Source: Octopus sinensis
Taxonomy: Eukaryota
Reading direction: 5' to 3'
NCBI RefSeq assembly: GCF_006345805.1
Contig: NC_043014.1
Span: 44,764,001-44,828,000, forward strand
Length of the DNA stretch: 64,000 nucleotides
This document shows positions 34,301 through 47,500 of the stretch, piece after piece. The translations under genes were made by a program, and so were the position numbers. How positions within the stretch are numbered: position 1 is the stretch's first letter; each line of letters starts with the position of its first letter. Under the pieces are notes generated by a model that saw only the letters and a program-made list of their open reading frames with translations, made no database searches and was not told the DNA's origin.

Positions 34301-37300
34301 CAATCAACCTACGAAGGGAACAGAACAGTCTATTGTTACTCAAGTAAGGTGATATTGTTTTACTACAACAGTGTTTTTTCATAAAGAATTATTATCTTCA
34401 CCTGATCTGGAGGGGTTTGGGGTTTCTAGATAGGATACATAGTTAAGATATACACTCCCACTCAGTCATGGGGCCTTTTCATTTTTTTTTTTTATATTGT
34501 GTCTTGTAAGAATGGCAATAATTGGCTTATCTCTCAACTATCTTATTTGTTTACCCTAATCACTCTTTCCTCCCTACTTTCACCAGTTTCATTGTTCAAA
34601 TCACTCTCATTGTCTGCGTAAGGGTAAATTTTTCGTCAGAAGAACAAACATCAATTATTTCCTCAACTATAAAGGGTCAAGGCCTTGCTTGTTTACCAGA
34701 CAAAGAGCTGGGTTCATCACACATTTCATCACAAAAATCTGGGTTTTTTTTTCTTATTATTAAAACCAAAAGTAAACAAAAACTATGGGAGACACCATTA
34801 ACAAGGAGTCATAAACACATTTGACTACAAAGTTGCAATGTGATCACTTGTCTATTTTTTAGTATTTTACCATCTTTTTTCTATGCGAGTTGTTCATTAC
34901 TATTTAATGGGAATCTGGATCTTTTCAGTTTGAACGGCAGTTTTTTTCTAGTGGTGTCATAGGAAATTGTCACCCATAATTATGACCCTAGTATCGATCT
35001 ATTGCATTTCAATCTGTTTTAGGGTTAGGGGGAAGGGTATATTTTTTTCTTCACAATTGTAAATAAACTCAATCTGTTTCTTAAATGAGAGACATATTCA
35101 TATGGCACAATGTTTTTTTACCTCAATGAACGTCAGTGATTGGTTGAAATTGCAGAAATTGAAGGAAAAAAACAACAAATAACTCACAAACTATAGAATT
35201 TTCTCAATAAAGCCAAGAGAAAAAGATGTTTTATAAACACATTCTACCAGTATATGAAGTTTAAAATTTTTTAGTTTCCTAGAAATTTTGTTAAAAACTG
35301 CCATTCAAACCAAAAAGATCTGGGAATCTAATAGATATTACCTTTAGACTATTCCTGCTATACCAGGAACACAACATGATAGGGTTAACCTGATTTCCAT
35401 GGCGTATAAATGAGTGACACTACAACATTCTACCCTGGGATGGGATGCTGGTCCATTGCAGGATTAACTTCCCCAGCTATTGCTGGAACTGATTTACAGC
35501 TGAGTGGACTGGGGCAACATGAAATGAAGTATTTTGCTCAAGAGTGCAACACAGTACTTGATCTGGAAATTGAACCTATGAACCTATGATCAAAAGAGCA
35601 ACATTTTAACCACCAGGTTTCATGCACCTTCACAAGTAAACAATAGCTATGGGAGACACCATTAACAATGAATCATAAACACATTTGACTACAAAGCTGC
35701 AATGTGACCGCTTGTCTATTTTTTAGTATTTTACCATCTTTTTTCTATCTTGCTCAGAACATTGACCTCCTGGAATCTGTTCAGAGACGTGCAACCAAAC
35801 GCATACCCTCCATCAGACACCTACCATATTCTGAGCGCCTTGTTTCCCTGGGCATGGATTCACTGAAGCTCCGGCGTCTGGCGACGGACTTGGTAAACAC
35901 CCACAAAGTTATCAACCACCTCACCAACAACAACACTGAACACCTTTTTGATCTCCATGTGTCTAACACACGTGGACATGCCTACAAAGTCAGAAAACAG
36001 CACAGCTCCCATGACTTTCGGAAACATTTTTTCACGCTCAGAGTTGCTGAAGCATGGAATAAACTGCCTGCGTCAGTTGTTGACTGCCATGACACTGCAT
36101 CCTTTAAGGCCCTCATGCTTTCCGAAATCCGCTGAAACTACACCTGATTATATATACACTTTAGATGAGTTGTAGTGCACCTGAGCACTGTACACAATTA
36201 TTATTATTATATTATATTAATATAAATATTGTCAAAAGCCATACCAAAATTAGCAAAAATGGGAAAATAATGTTTCACACATTAATCGTCTCAATGCTTT
36301 GAATAATGCCTTGCAAAATTGATTTAGGGCACTGCCCATCATCATCATCATCCTTTAACGTCCGCTTTCCATGCTAACATGGGTTGGACGATTTGACTGA
36401 GGTCTGGTGAACCAGTCAAATCGTCCAACCCATGCTAGCATGGAAAGCGGACGTTAAATGATGATGATGATGATGGGCAATTCAAAGAATTATTACCCAA
36501 ACCTGCTCTACCTGAAGAATCCTCATCCCAGCCTACTCTAAGCCAAACAAGGACTTTTACTGCAGACGAATTATTGAAGGACTTCTGATGAGGCGGATAA
36601 CAAGCCCAAGGCTTTAGGGGTGGATCACACTTCCTCACATTTGTAAACGTTTGACACACATGTAAAAAACAGTTGAACATAATCACTGTCAGTTGTTATT
36701 TCGCATATAGCTTAACTAAAGCTATACTGGTCAATATTAACAAAAACAAATTAAACTTAGTCAACTATTATCACCTCCAAGACAATATAAAAACAGAAAG
36801 ATTTCAGAATGAAGAATAATAAAATAGTTGAGCTTACCTTGTATGCAAGATTTAAACATTCCAATATTTTGGCATCTATAGGAGTAAAATAACAAAATTA
36901 AGAAAAAATTACTTTACACCCCATGGACAACATGAATTAATTTATAACAAGAGCACTCAGAGAGTGCAAACCTCCACCAAGCAACACCAATGTCCTCTCA
37001 ACGATTAGCCAGAGATGATTTTTAAAATGAGAATATTTGAAATAAACTCGACTGCTCTCACAAGTGAGAATACTGAAAATGAACCTGACTGCTTTCAAAA
37101 ATTAAGTAAAAAACAGGAAAAATACTCCAGAATCCTTGTCCAAAATCTAATCAGTTCGTGCCAGTCATGAGGCCAAACATCCCTGAAAGTTTCACCCAAA
37201 TCCATTCCATGGTTCTTGAGATATCTTGTCCATGGAAAAACAAACAAACAAACACGACAGAAAACAATACCTCACCTCCACTAAGGTAGAGGTATTAATA

Positions 37301-40300
37301 ATAATAATAATAATAATAATAATGATAATAATAATAATAAGAGCACTCAGAGAGTGAAAACTCTCCACCAAGGCAACACGAACGTCCTCTCAGCGATTAG
37401 CCAGAGATGATTTTTAAAATGAGAATATCTGAAATAAACAAACTGCTCTCATAAATGAGAATATTAAAAATGAACCTGACTGCTCTCAAAATTTACATAA
37501 ATTCAGTAGAGGAAACGTACCGTCCTTCACAGTTGATGAAGAATCTTCGGTGATTTCAAAGCTGAGGTTTTTGATGTATTTATCTTCAGCAGAGATAGAA
37601 CATTTAAAAGCCTGATTTATGATGCTGTTTAGAAAGATAGGGTTGAGGATCTCATTAGGATGTGGGTTCATGGAGAGCTGGAAAGACGAAAAAAAAAGGG
37701 AGCAAGAGATTATTTTACTAAAATATAAAGACAGGAAAAATACTAGGAAAATCATCATAATTATCATTCAACATCTACTTTTCTATGCTTGCATTGGTCA
37801 GATGGAATTTGTTGAAGTAGATTTTCTATGATTGGATGCCCTTCCTGTCACTAACCCTCGCCTGTTTCTGAGCAAGGTAATATTTCCCATAGTTAGGGTG
37901 GTGAACTAGCAGAATCGATTGCATGCCGAGCAAAATGCATAGTGGCATTTCGACTGTCTTTACACTTGGAGCTCAAATGCCACCAAGGCCGACTTTACTT
38001 TCCATCCTTTCGGGGTCAATAAAAAAAAAAGTATCAGTTGAATATTAGGTGTCAATGTGATCAACTTGCCCTCACCCCCGAAATTGCTGGCCTGGTGCCA
38101 AAATTTAAAGCCAACATTTCCCATGGTCATACATGGTTTTATATAATGGTGGTGCTCATTTACAACCATCACATGATGTCAAAGACAAGGACACACGGAC
38201 ACACATTTTTATGACTGACTTCTTTCAGTTTTCCTTTACCAAATCTACTCACAAGGCTATAGCAGAAGATACTAGCTCAAGTGGGACTGAACCTGAGATA
38301 ATATGGCTGAAAGGATGAAAGGCAAAGTCAACCTCGGCGGAATTTGAACTCAGAATGTAGCAGCAGATGAAATACTGCTAAGCATTTCGCCCGACGTGCT
38401 AACATTTCTACCAGCTCGCCGCCATCTACCTACCCGTTCTGCTTATCCATTGGCCAAGATAAAAGTAATGAAATATCATGAGAAGACTTGTCAATCCAAG
38501 TGAAACTATTGTCGTGGCCAGTACCAGTGACACGAAAAAGGCACCTGTGCTGGTGACATCTAAAAGGCACCCATGCTGGTAACACATAAAAGGTATCTAT
38601 GCCAGTGATACGTAGAAAGACACCTGTGACAGTGACACGTAAAAACACTTAGTACACTCTATGGAGTGGTCGGAATTAGGAAGGATATCCAGCCATAGAA
38701 ACCAGGCCAAATCAGATTGGAACCTGGTATGGTTCTCTGGCTTACCATTTCCAATCAAAACTGCCAGCATGGAAAATGGACACTAAATAGTAATAATAAT
38801 AATAATAGTGGTGGTGGTGGTGGAGGATGATGAGGATGATGATGAAGAGGAGGGTGGTGGTGATGATGATGATGATAATAATAATAATTGTAAAACAAAG
38901 AATTAAAAAGTCACCTTTTCGAAAAGTAAACTGGTAAGATTGAAAGCAAAGTCTCCTTCACCCATGATAAGATAGCGCCACATTGCTGAGAAGTGTTCCT
39001 CAATGGATAATTCGGTTAAAAAGTAGTCTAAGGCACATTTGTTCACAAGCTTGATTCTGCAAAATAGTGAATGTAATTATTTCATAATTTGTAAATTAAA
39101 ATAATTATAATTATTTTAAGGGTATTGGATCGTTAGTGTTGAGTTGAGAGAAGAACCTCAGCGCACCTGCTGAGACGAAAATGGTCAGGCAGGGAGCATG
39201 TCCGATTTAGAAACAGCTGAGAGATAGGTGGGGTTGATCTCCCATACATACATGCAAGATTACATTTTATGATTTTCAAATTAAATTAAATGCAACAATT
39301 AATCACTGGTTGTTCCCTGTTAAAGAATCACAATAATGAAATGTTCATATGGTATCTACGTCTAAATATGAGAGAGAGGAAGAGAGAGGGAGAGAGGAAA
39401 AGAATGGGGAGAGAGAGAGAGAGTGAAGTATAGTAGGCGAGAAGAGAGTGTAGCAATTTGAAATTATAAGTTTAAATTGAATTCAGTTACAAAATAAAAT
39501 AATTTCCATGAGTCTAAATGTGTTTGAAAACACACAAGGTAACATCATACCTTGCATGATGAAGTTTTAATTGGCTTTATTGGAAGTTTCCATTTCAAAC
39601 CACTGATAGTATTTTATACTTTTACTTCATCCAGTCATTGGACTGTGACCATGCTGGGGCAATGTCTTCAAGGATTTTAGTCGACCATAGTGACTCCGAC
39701 ACTTATTCCAGTTTAGTACTTATTTTATCCATCTCATCATCATCATCGTTTAACGTCCATTTTCGATGCTGGCATGGATTGGATGGTTTGACTGCGGGAC
39801 TGGCAAGCCAATAGGCTGCGCCAGGCTCCAACTTGATCAGGGAAGGTTTCTACAGCTGGATGCCCTTCCTAATGCCAACCACTCTGAGAATATAGTCGGT
39901 GCTTTTTACGTGCCACCGGCACAGGGGACAGTCAGGCAGCACTGGCCTTGACCACATTCGGATGATGCTTTTTATGTGCCACCAGTACAGGAGCCAGTCA
40001 GGTAAGGACTGGCATCGACCACGTTCGGATGGTGCTTTTTACGTGCCTTGTTAAAACATTAACCCTTTAGTATTTAAACCGGCCTTATCCGGCCAAAATA
40101 ACTAATCTGTTTTATGTTCAAACTGACCAGATCCAGGCCCTCACACCTACCCTACAATGTTATTCTACATTAAGTAATTACACCATCAAGATCTTGAAGA
40201 TATGAGATAATGCATGATTAATTCAAATCAATGGGAATCAACAGGCATTATGTTTGATTGAATAATCTGAACACTAAAGGGTTAAGGTAGGATATATAGA

Positions 40301-41508
40301 CACACACACACACACACACACACAACTAGACTTCTGCTGATTTTCTGCATTCTAAATCCCACTCAAAAGCTACAGCAAAAGACACCTGCCAAGGTACTAC
40401 AGATAAAGTATAGTATCAAATGATTATGTAGCAAAATTCTTAATCAGAGCAGCCATACCTGTGCCCACAGGTGCAAAAGGAAGGTGAAAACAGATAGAGA
40501 CATTGATAGCAGAATTGTTGTATGTTTGCAAGAATCACCTTGAGGATATGGACCCAGGTAATAATCACCAACAAGACTAAGGGTGGCAGTGATGAGCAGT
40601 TTCAGACCCTGAAACCTGCTCACTACCTGCACACCTTGATAAGTTTTTACTTCAAGTGAGGAGCAAATAAAGCAAATGAGTGAGGTGGGGTGGGGGGAGT
40701 CTTTCAGGGAGTCTGTAGCTATTCATTTACTCATTTAACAATTGTATACTTACTGATCCATCAAAGGATTCTGGATGGACTGTTGAATAAGAACTGATAA
40801 AGGAGATTGGTGATACGCTTCTAAATCTTCAACAGATGCGTTTGAGCTGATACCTGATCTACCTGATGCTATCTGGTTCAAATTACCACCAATGTTCAGC
40901 AAGTGGCCACTTTCTGAAAGGAAATATAAAAAGTAAATGATGTCTGTTATATATTATCAGTCCAATTAATGGTAATTACTAAAGTGGTAATTGGCTAAAT
41001 TTCATGATCGTCGTTCGACCGTGGTCGAGACAATGGAATTTACTATGTTACGCCAGACTTCACGATCCATCATAGCATTATGGAGGTCCTGTTGCTGGAT
41101 GCCTGTATCCCTGGAGATTACATCAGGGTAGGAGAGTGTGCGCCCTCTGGTATCGTGAGTAGATGGCTTCCAGAGGAGAAGAGTAGAAATTGCCTCGTTT
41201 TCAGCTCTACAACAATGTCCAGCAAACTGGACTCTCCTACCTTTCCCAAGAGATGATACAGGTGGTAGTTTCCCATATATTTGCATTTTGGTTGGATGAC
41301 GCTTCCACGAGAGATTTTGAGCTCTCATCATCATCATCATCATTAACGTCCGTTTTCCATGCTGGCATGGGTTGGACGGTTTCACAGGAGCTGGCAAGTT
41401 AGAGAGCTGCACCATGCTACAATTGTCTGTTTTTGCATGGCTTCTATCACTGGTTGCCATTCCTAACGCCAACCACTATACAGAGTGTGCTGGGTACTTT
41501 TTATGTGG

Positions 41509-41545
<37 letters not shown>

Positions 41546-44500
41546 ACGGTTGCCTGATAACACTGCACCCAGTCCACACTGTAAATTGGTTATTGACAGC
41601 AATATTAAAAAGGAAAAAAAAAAATAAAAACCCTACAAGGAGGAAGGAACAGAGGAGACAGGACCCCATAAATAATGAAAATTGGTCTTTATTGCAAAGT
41701 GGCAAAGGATCACGACAAGACCTGTCCAAATGATGCCAGCAAGGGAGACAAATGCAAAATTATATATATATGTGTGTATTCATTCTAGCTTAAATATATG
41801 TATTCAATATGTGTGTGTATGAGTGTGTATACTACCATACTTATTCTATACGTGTACAGAAGAGAAAAAAAAATTGATAAAAAAAAAAAAATCCATACTC
41901 TCTCATCTTTATTACATTTCCTGCTGGTTATGTTTATATTTACACATCAGACTCAGGCTATACCAAGGTCAAGCTTTGCAATAAGCAAAGAACAGACAAA
42001 AATACACCACCAAGGTCCAAGATTACAGAGAAATTGTAGCTTCTTTTATTTATTAATTCTAGAGAGGCTAAATTTACTGGTCAGTGGTAGCCTAAATTTA
42101 TAAAGCTATTATGACAGATATATCAGAATCTAAGTTATAAAGATTATAAACAGGTTATAAATCTCAGGATCCAGAGTTAAAAGATTAATGAGAGAAAAAT
42201 GTAATTTACATTCTTGATATATTATAAATCACAAAATCCAATAATATGTAAAGTAACCGAAAAGAGAATCATAAGGATTTTAGATTTGTCATTAATGTGC
42301 CACAAATTTAAGAACCAAACAAAAATTTATCAAGCTGAGTCAAAAGGACCTGAAATGTGTTATAAATTGAACATTGCAGTTTTAAAAAATATGACAATCT
42401 TCGATGAGAGTTCAGAGTTAGCGAAGTAACCACACGGCTAAGCCCATGGCAGGACGGCCTGCTGTGCTTGAGGAGACAAGTAAATCAACATCAAAAAATC
42501 AAATGGAAATTGTAGTTGCGATACCTGTGCTGGTGGCACGTAAAAAGCACCATCCGTACGTGGCCGATGCCAGCCCCGCCTTGACTGGCTTCCATGCTGG
42601 TGGCACGTAAAAAGCACCAACCGATCGTGGCCGTTGCCAGCCTCCCCTGGCACGTAAAAAGCACCCACTACACTCACAGAGTGGTTGGCGTTAGGAAGGG
42701 CATCCAGCTGTAGAAACACTGCCAGATCAGATTGGAGCCTGGTGCAGCCTCCTGGCTTCCAAGACACCGGTCGAACCATCCAACCTATGCTAGCATGGAA
42801 AACGGATGTTAAACGATGATGATGACGACAATAAAAGAGGAATGGTAATTCTCTAAGTTATATCAATCATAATTCTAGAGTCCAGGAGGAAATATTTCAA
42901 ATATATCGTTATTTTACTTGTCTCAGTAATTAGACTATGGCCATGCTGGGAAACACCTTGAAGAATTTTGGTTGAACGAAATGACTCCAGTACTTATCCT
43001 TTTAAACCTGGTATTCTATTGCTCTCATCTGCTGAACCTCTAAGTTACAGGAACATAAACACACCAACTCCGGTTGTCAAGCAGTGATAGGGAAAAACAC
43101 ACACACATACAATGGTCCCAATTATACCACTGCCAACCAAAAACTAACATAACTTCTACTATCACAATAACACTTTTTTGCGATCAGGAACAGAATTATT
43201 TTCCTAAATGGAATAGATATAACTAGCACTATGACCCAACAACGCTGGGTCATAATGCTAGTGCATGCATATACAGCTGCGTGCATGTGCACATATATGC
43301 GAGTACTGTCCAAACCTCCGACCAATCACATACAGCTAGCTGGCATTCAATTGGCGTATCAAGTTTCGGGCATTTTGATTGGGTTTTGGATAGAAAATTC
43401 ACAAAAAGTCATTTCTATAGATTTTTTAATGGCTTTGCGGGGTGACTAGAGAAATGTAAAGATGTGCACAACCACCCTTGGACAGTTTTGAATGACCATA
43501 GAAAATGCGAGCCCTCTAACTGAAAAATTGTGGATTTGTAAAGAACACACACGCAGACATTTTGCCGTTTATATATAGAGAGATAAGTAGAATTTTGTTT
43601 TAGTAATATTTTGGTTCCTTTTTGGTAACTGTAGGCTATAGATTGATTGAACACATCTTTATAGTCAGTACCCCAGTACCTTACCTAGACAACCATTGTA
43701 CCATACAAACAGTTACCAAAGCTAATCTATGTAATGACTTGTAATTCAGTCACAAAGTCTTAAGAAATGACATAAAAAAAAAAGACTTACCAAAGTTAAA
43801 AGAACAGTTATAAGGTTCCGTGAAAGATTCCTTCCAAGACTTGAACATGGCTTCAAACCCTTCAGCTGGACCTACAAAAACGGAAATATTAAAATGACAG
43901 GAGGAGGCAAATTATAACAGTATGAGTATGTATATGTGTGTATATGTATGTGTGTATATATGTTTATGGCAAATGCATGCACATTATGTATATACAAGGT
44001 GTATTCCAGAAGTTTTGAGGCTTTTCCAGGAGAGACATTTATTAATTTCAAAGAAATACTGTTGTGGAAGGAACCTGACCACCCCCATGTGACCGAAAGT
44101 GGACTGACACATTTAAATAAAACAAAGAAACTGTATGAACTGTGGGCAGTTGACAGTCAATAGTTGACAGTCAAGAATTGACAATGAGCAGTTGGCAGCC
44201 AATAGCTGACAATGAGCAGTTGACGATGAGCAGTTGACAGTCAATAGTCGACAATGAGCAGTTGACAGTCAATAGTTGACAATGAGTAGTTGACAGCATT
44301 GATCATTCATATTGGATTGCTGTGTTAGTTTAATATCATATCTACAATTGGCACAGTACAGAGTATGTTCTGCACGAACATATTAATTCTGCGAAAGGCT
44401 ATTCTAGATAACCATATCCAAATATATATTTGGATAATACTATTCCTACACCCTTGTACACACCCCAACATTGTCATAACATTATTGGTGACGAGATATC

Positions 44501-47500
44501 CAAATCCCTGAAGACATAACAAATACAAATCTCTAATCTCCTTCAAAGTGAGATCCTCTAACTTCAGTGCACTTGTTGCAGTGTTCCACCTGCTTTGTGA
44601 AAGCTTCCATGGATGTCCTCCACAGTGAAGGTGTACAGGACCCTTGTCACAGCCCCCTTCACCTTGGGGAACAACCAAAAGCCACAGGGAGCAAGGTTCA
44701 GACTGTAGGGAGGGTGAAGGACAGTCAAGTAGTTAGTTAGAATTGTGAACAAGTGCAGGTGCTCTGGCCTTTTACTCTTTTACTTGTATCAGTCATTTGA
44801 CTGTGGCCATGCTGGAGCACTGCCTTTAGTCGAGCAAATCGATCCCAAGACTTATTCTTTGTAAGCCTAGTACTTATTCTATCGGTCCCTTTTGCTGAAC
44901 TGCTAAGTGCCTAAAGGACACACTGCTTCTTTTTAAAAATCTTTTTAGCCAGTACCTATGACCCTTTAGAAAGCCTGCAAAATATTCAAAAGCCGCTGGA
45001 GGCAAACATAGTTTTAATAAATCAAAAGTTTATGATGTATGGTATCTGACATACATATTCGAGCGTGATCGTTACCAGCGTCACCTTACTGGCACTTGTG
45101 CCGGTGACAAGTGAAAATACATTCGAGAGAATTCGTTGCCAGTACTGCTGGACTGGCTCCTGTGCAGGTGGCACATAAAAAACACCATTTGAGCATGGCT
45201 GTTGCCAGTATCACCAGACTGGCCCTCGTGCCGGTGCCACGTAAAAGCACCCACTACACTCTCGGAGTCACTGGCGTTAGGAAGAGTGTTAGGATGGTGC
45301 TAAGAGCACCATCTGAGCGTGATCATTGACAGAGCAGCTAACTGGCTTCTGTGCCGGTGGCACATAAAAGGCACCATTCGAACATGATTGTTACCAGCGT
45401 CGCCTTACTGGCACGTGAAAAAACATTCGACCGAGGTCGTTGCCAGTACCGCCTGACTGGCCCCCATGCCGGTGGCACGTAAAAGCACCCACTACACTCT
45501 CGGAGTGGTTGGTGTTAGGAAGGACATCCAGCTGTAGAAACTCTGCCAGATCAAGATTGGAGCCTGGTGCAGCCATCTGGTTCACCAGTCCTCAATCAAA
45601 TCGTCCAACCCATGCTAGCATGGAAAGCGGACGTTAAACGATGATGATGATGATATATTTATGTATGTTTGGTCAAATAAATGCCACTGGCCATTCTGAG
45701 TTGTTCCTTTGTTTACATTATACTGAAGCTACTTACCTATTCTGTCCTCTTCGTTATCGACATTCGATTGATTCTCAGGTGAGGAACTGGTCTTCCTGCC
45801 ATACAGCAGTTTTTGGATTGTCGAATCTGAAGCATGGCCATGTATGTTCCTCTGCTTGAAGCGGGCTCTCTTGCTGGCATCGTCGTCTGTTGGCTCAGAT
45901 TCTGTTGTTGCTGACATTGTGCTGGACATTTTGTTGTGTGTCTTCACTTTTGGAAGCTGGGCTGATCGGAAGAGAAGAAACAAAAACAGGGGTAGAAAAG
46001 GGACATTGTTATAAACCATACATCAATGGAGAAGTCATAGACTGGCTATGGACTTGTCCTTTCCTCTCTGGAACAGTAGAAACAATAAAAAAAAATTTTT
46101 TAAAAAGCTCAAAAGCTTGAATGGCGGTGCCCCAGCATGGCCACAGCTCATGAGCTGAAACTAGATGAAAATGAAAATGAAAAATGCAACATAAGAGGAC
46201 GCGTCTCATTTACTCGTTTGTTTCAGTCATTTGACTGCGGCCATGCTGGAGCACTGCCTTTAGTCGAGCAAATCAACCCCAGGACTTATTCTTTGTAAGC
46301 CTAGTACTTATTCTATCAGTCTCTTTTGCCGAACTGCTAAGTTACAGGGACATAAACACACCAGCTGGTGGGGGGGCACAAACACAGACACACAAACACA
46401 CACATATATATACATATACATTTATACGATGGGCTTCTTTCAGTTTCCGTCTACCAAATCCACTCACAAGGCTTTGGTCGGCCCGAGGCTATAGCAGAAG
46501 ACACTTTCCCATAGTGCCATGCAGTGGGACTGAACCCGGAACCATGTGGTTGGTAAGCAAGCTACTTACCACACAGCCACACTATACTTAATATTTAATG
46601 TCATATCGCTACCCTCTTGTAATTGATGCGTATCTTCAAAAAATCTTTTGTAAATGTACATGTGTGTGTATGCAAGTGTGCAGTTATGTAAAAGCACCCA
46701 CTACACTCTCGGAGTGGTTGGCGCTAGGAAGGGCCTCCAGCTGTAGAAACTCTGCCAGATCAAGATTGGAGCCTGGTATGTGTGTGTCTGTATGTGAGTG
46801 TGCAGTTATGTAAATTAGAACAAACAAATATCTTAAGGTACACAGCCAAACACCAAGTAGTGATACATGTGTGTGTCTGTCTTACCAACCACTTGATAAG
46901 GATGGTGTTTTGTAGCAGTGTGGCAAAAGAGACTGATAAAATAGGTACCAGACTTTAAAAAATAAGTATGGGATCAGGTTGTTTGACTGAAGTCAACAAG
47001 GCAGTGCTCCAGCATGGCCACAGTCCACAAACTGAAGCAAGTAAAAAAAAAAATGTTTGTGAAATACTCACATGATAAACTGGAGCTGACAACCGGGAGA
47101 TCATCGGACAGGAAAACTCCGCTCTTCCGTCGAATGGAGAAATCTTTCATATCAGTTTCCTGAGCATACAGATCTTTGGGTTGCTTCAAGACGGGAAGTT
47201 CAAATTCATAGTAACCGTGTCCAATGAGGGCTGGTGAGATGAAAATGCCTGAATGTCTGTAGTTCAATGTCGATTCGGACGACTCCTGGGTGACAGATTG
47301 GTTTGGGACTTTTTCTTTCTGTGAACAACCAAGTCAGTGGGGGACGCATCGTACGTCTGTTGGTGGATGCCCTGACTGTCCACGCTCTTTCTTCGATGGA
47401 CGACTTGTGTCTCGGGAAGGAAGCCATAATTTTCCTTTGATACCGACTGATTCTCAACCCATTTTCTATGAGGGATCACAACATCACCTCTCGAGATAGC

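Noticed and set aside
39130-39245. GC-richer island upstream of a TUBGCP6 acceptor, possibly a snoRNA or cryptic exon
   Set aside because: No convincing C/D or H/ACA box arrangement or splice-site pair could be supported by eye.
45060-45500. Repeated AAAAAGCACC-ending units that resemble a CRISPR array
   Set aside because: The whole 45-50 bp unit is repeated with no unique spacers, it sits within a eukaryotic SINE-like family, and there are no cas genes.
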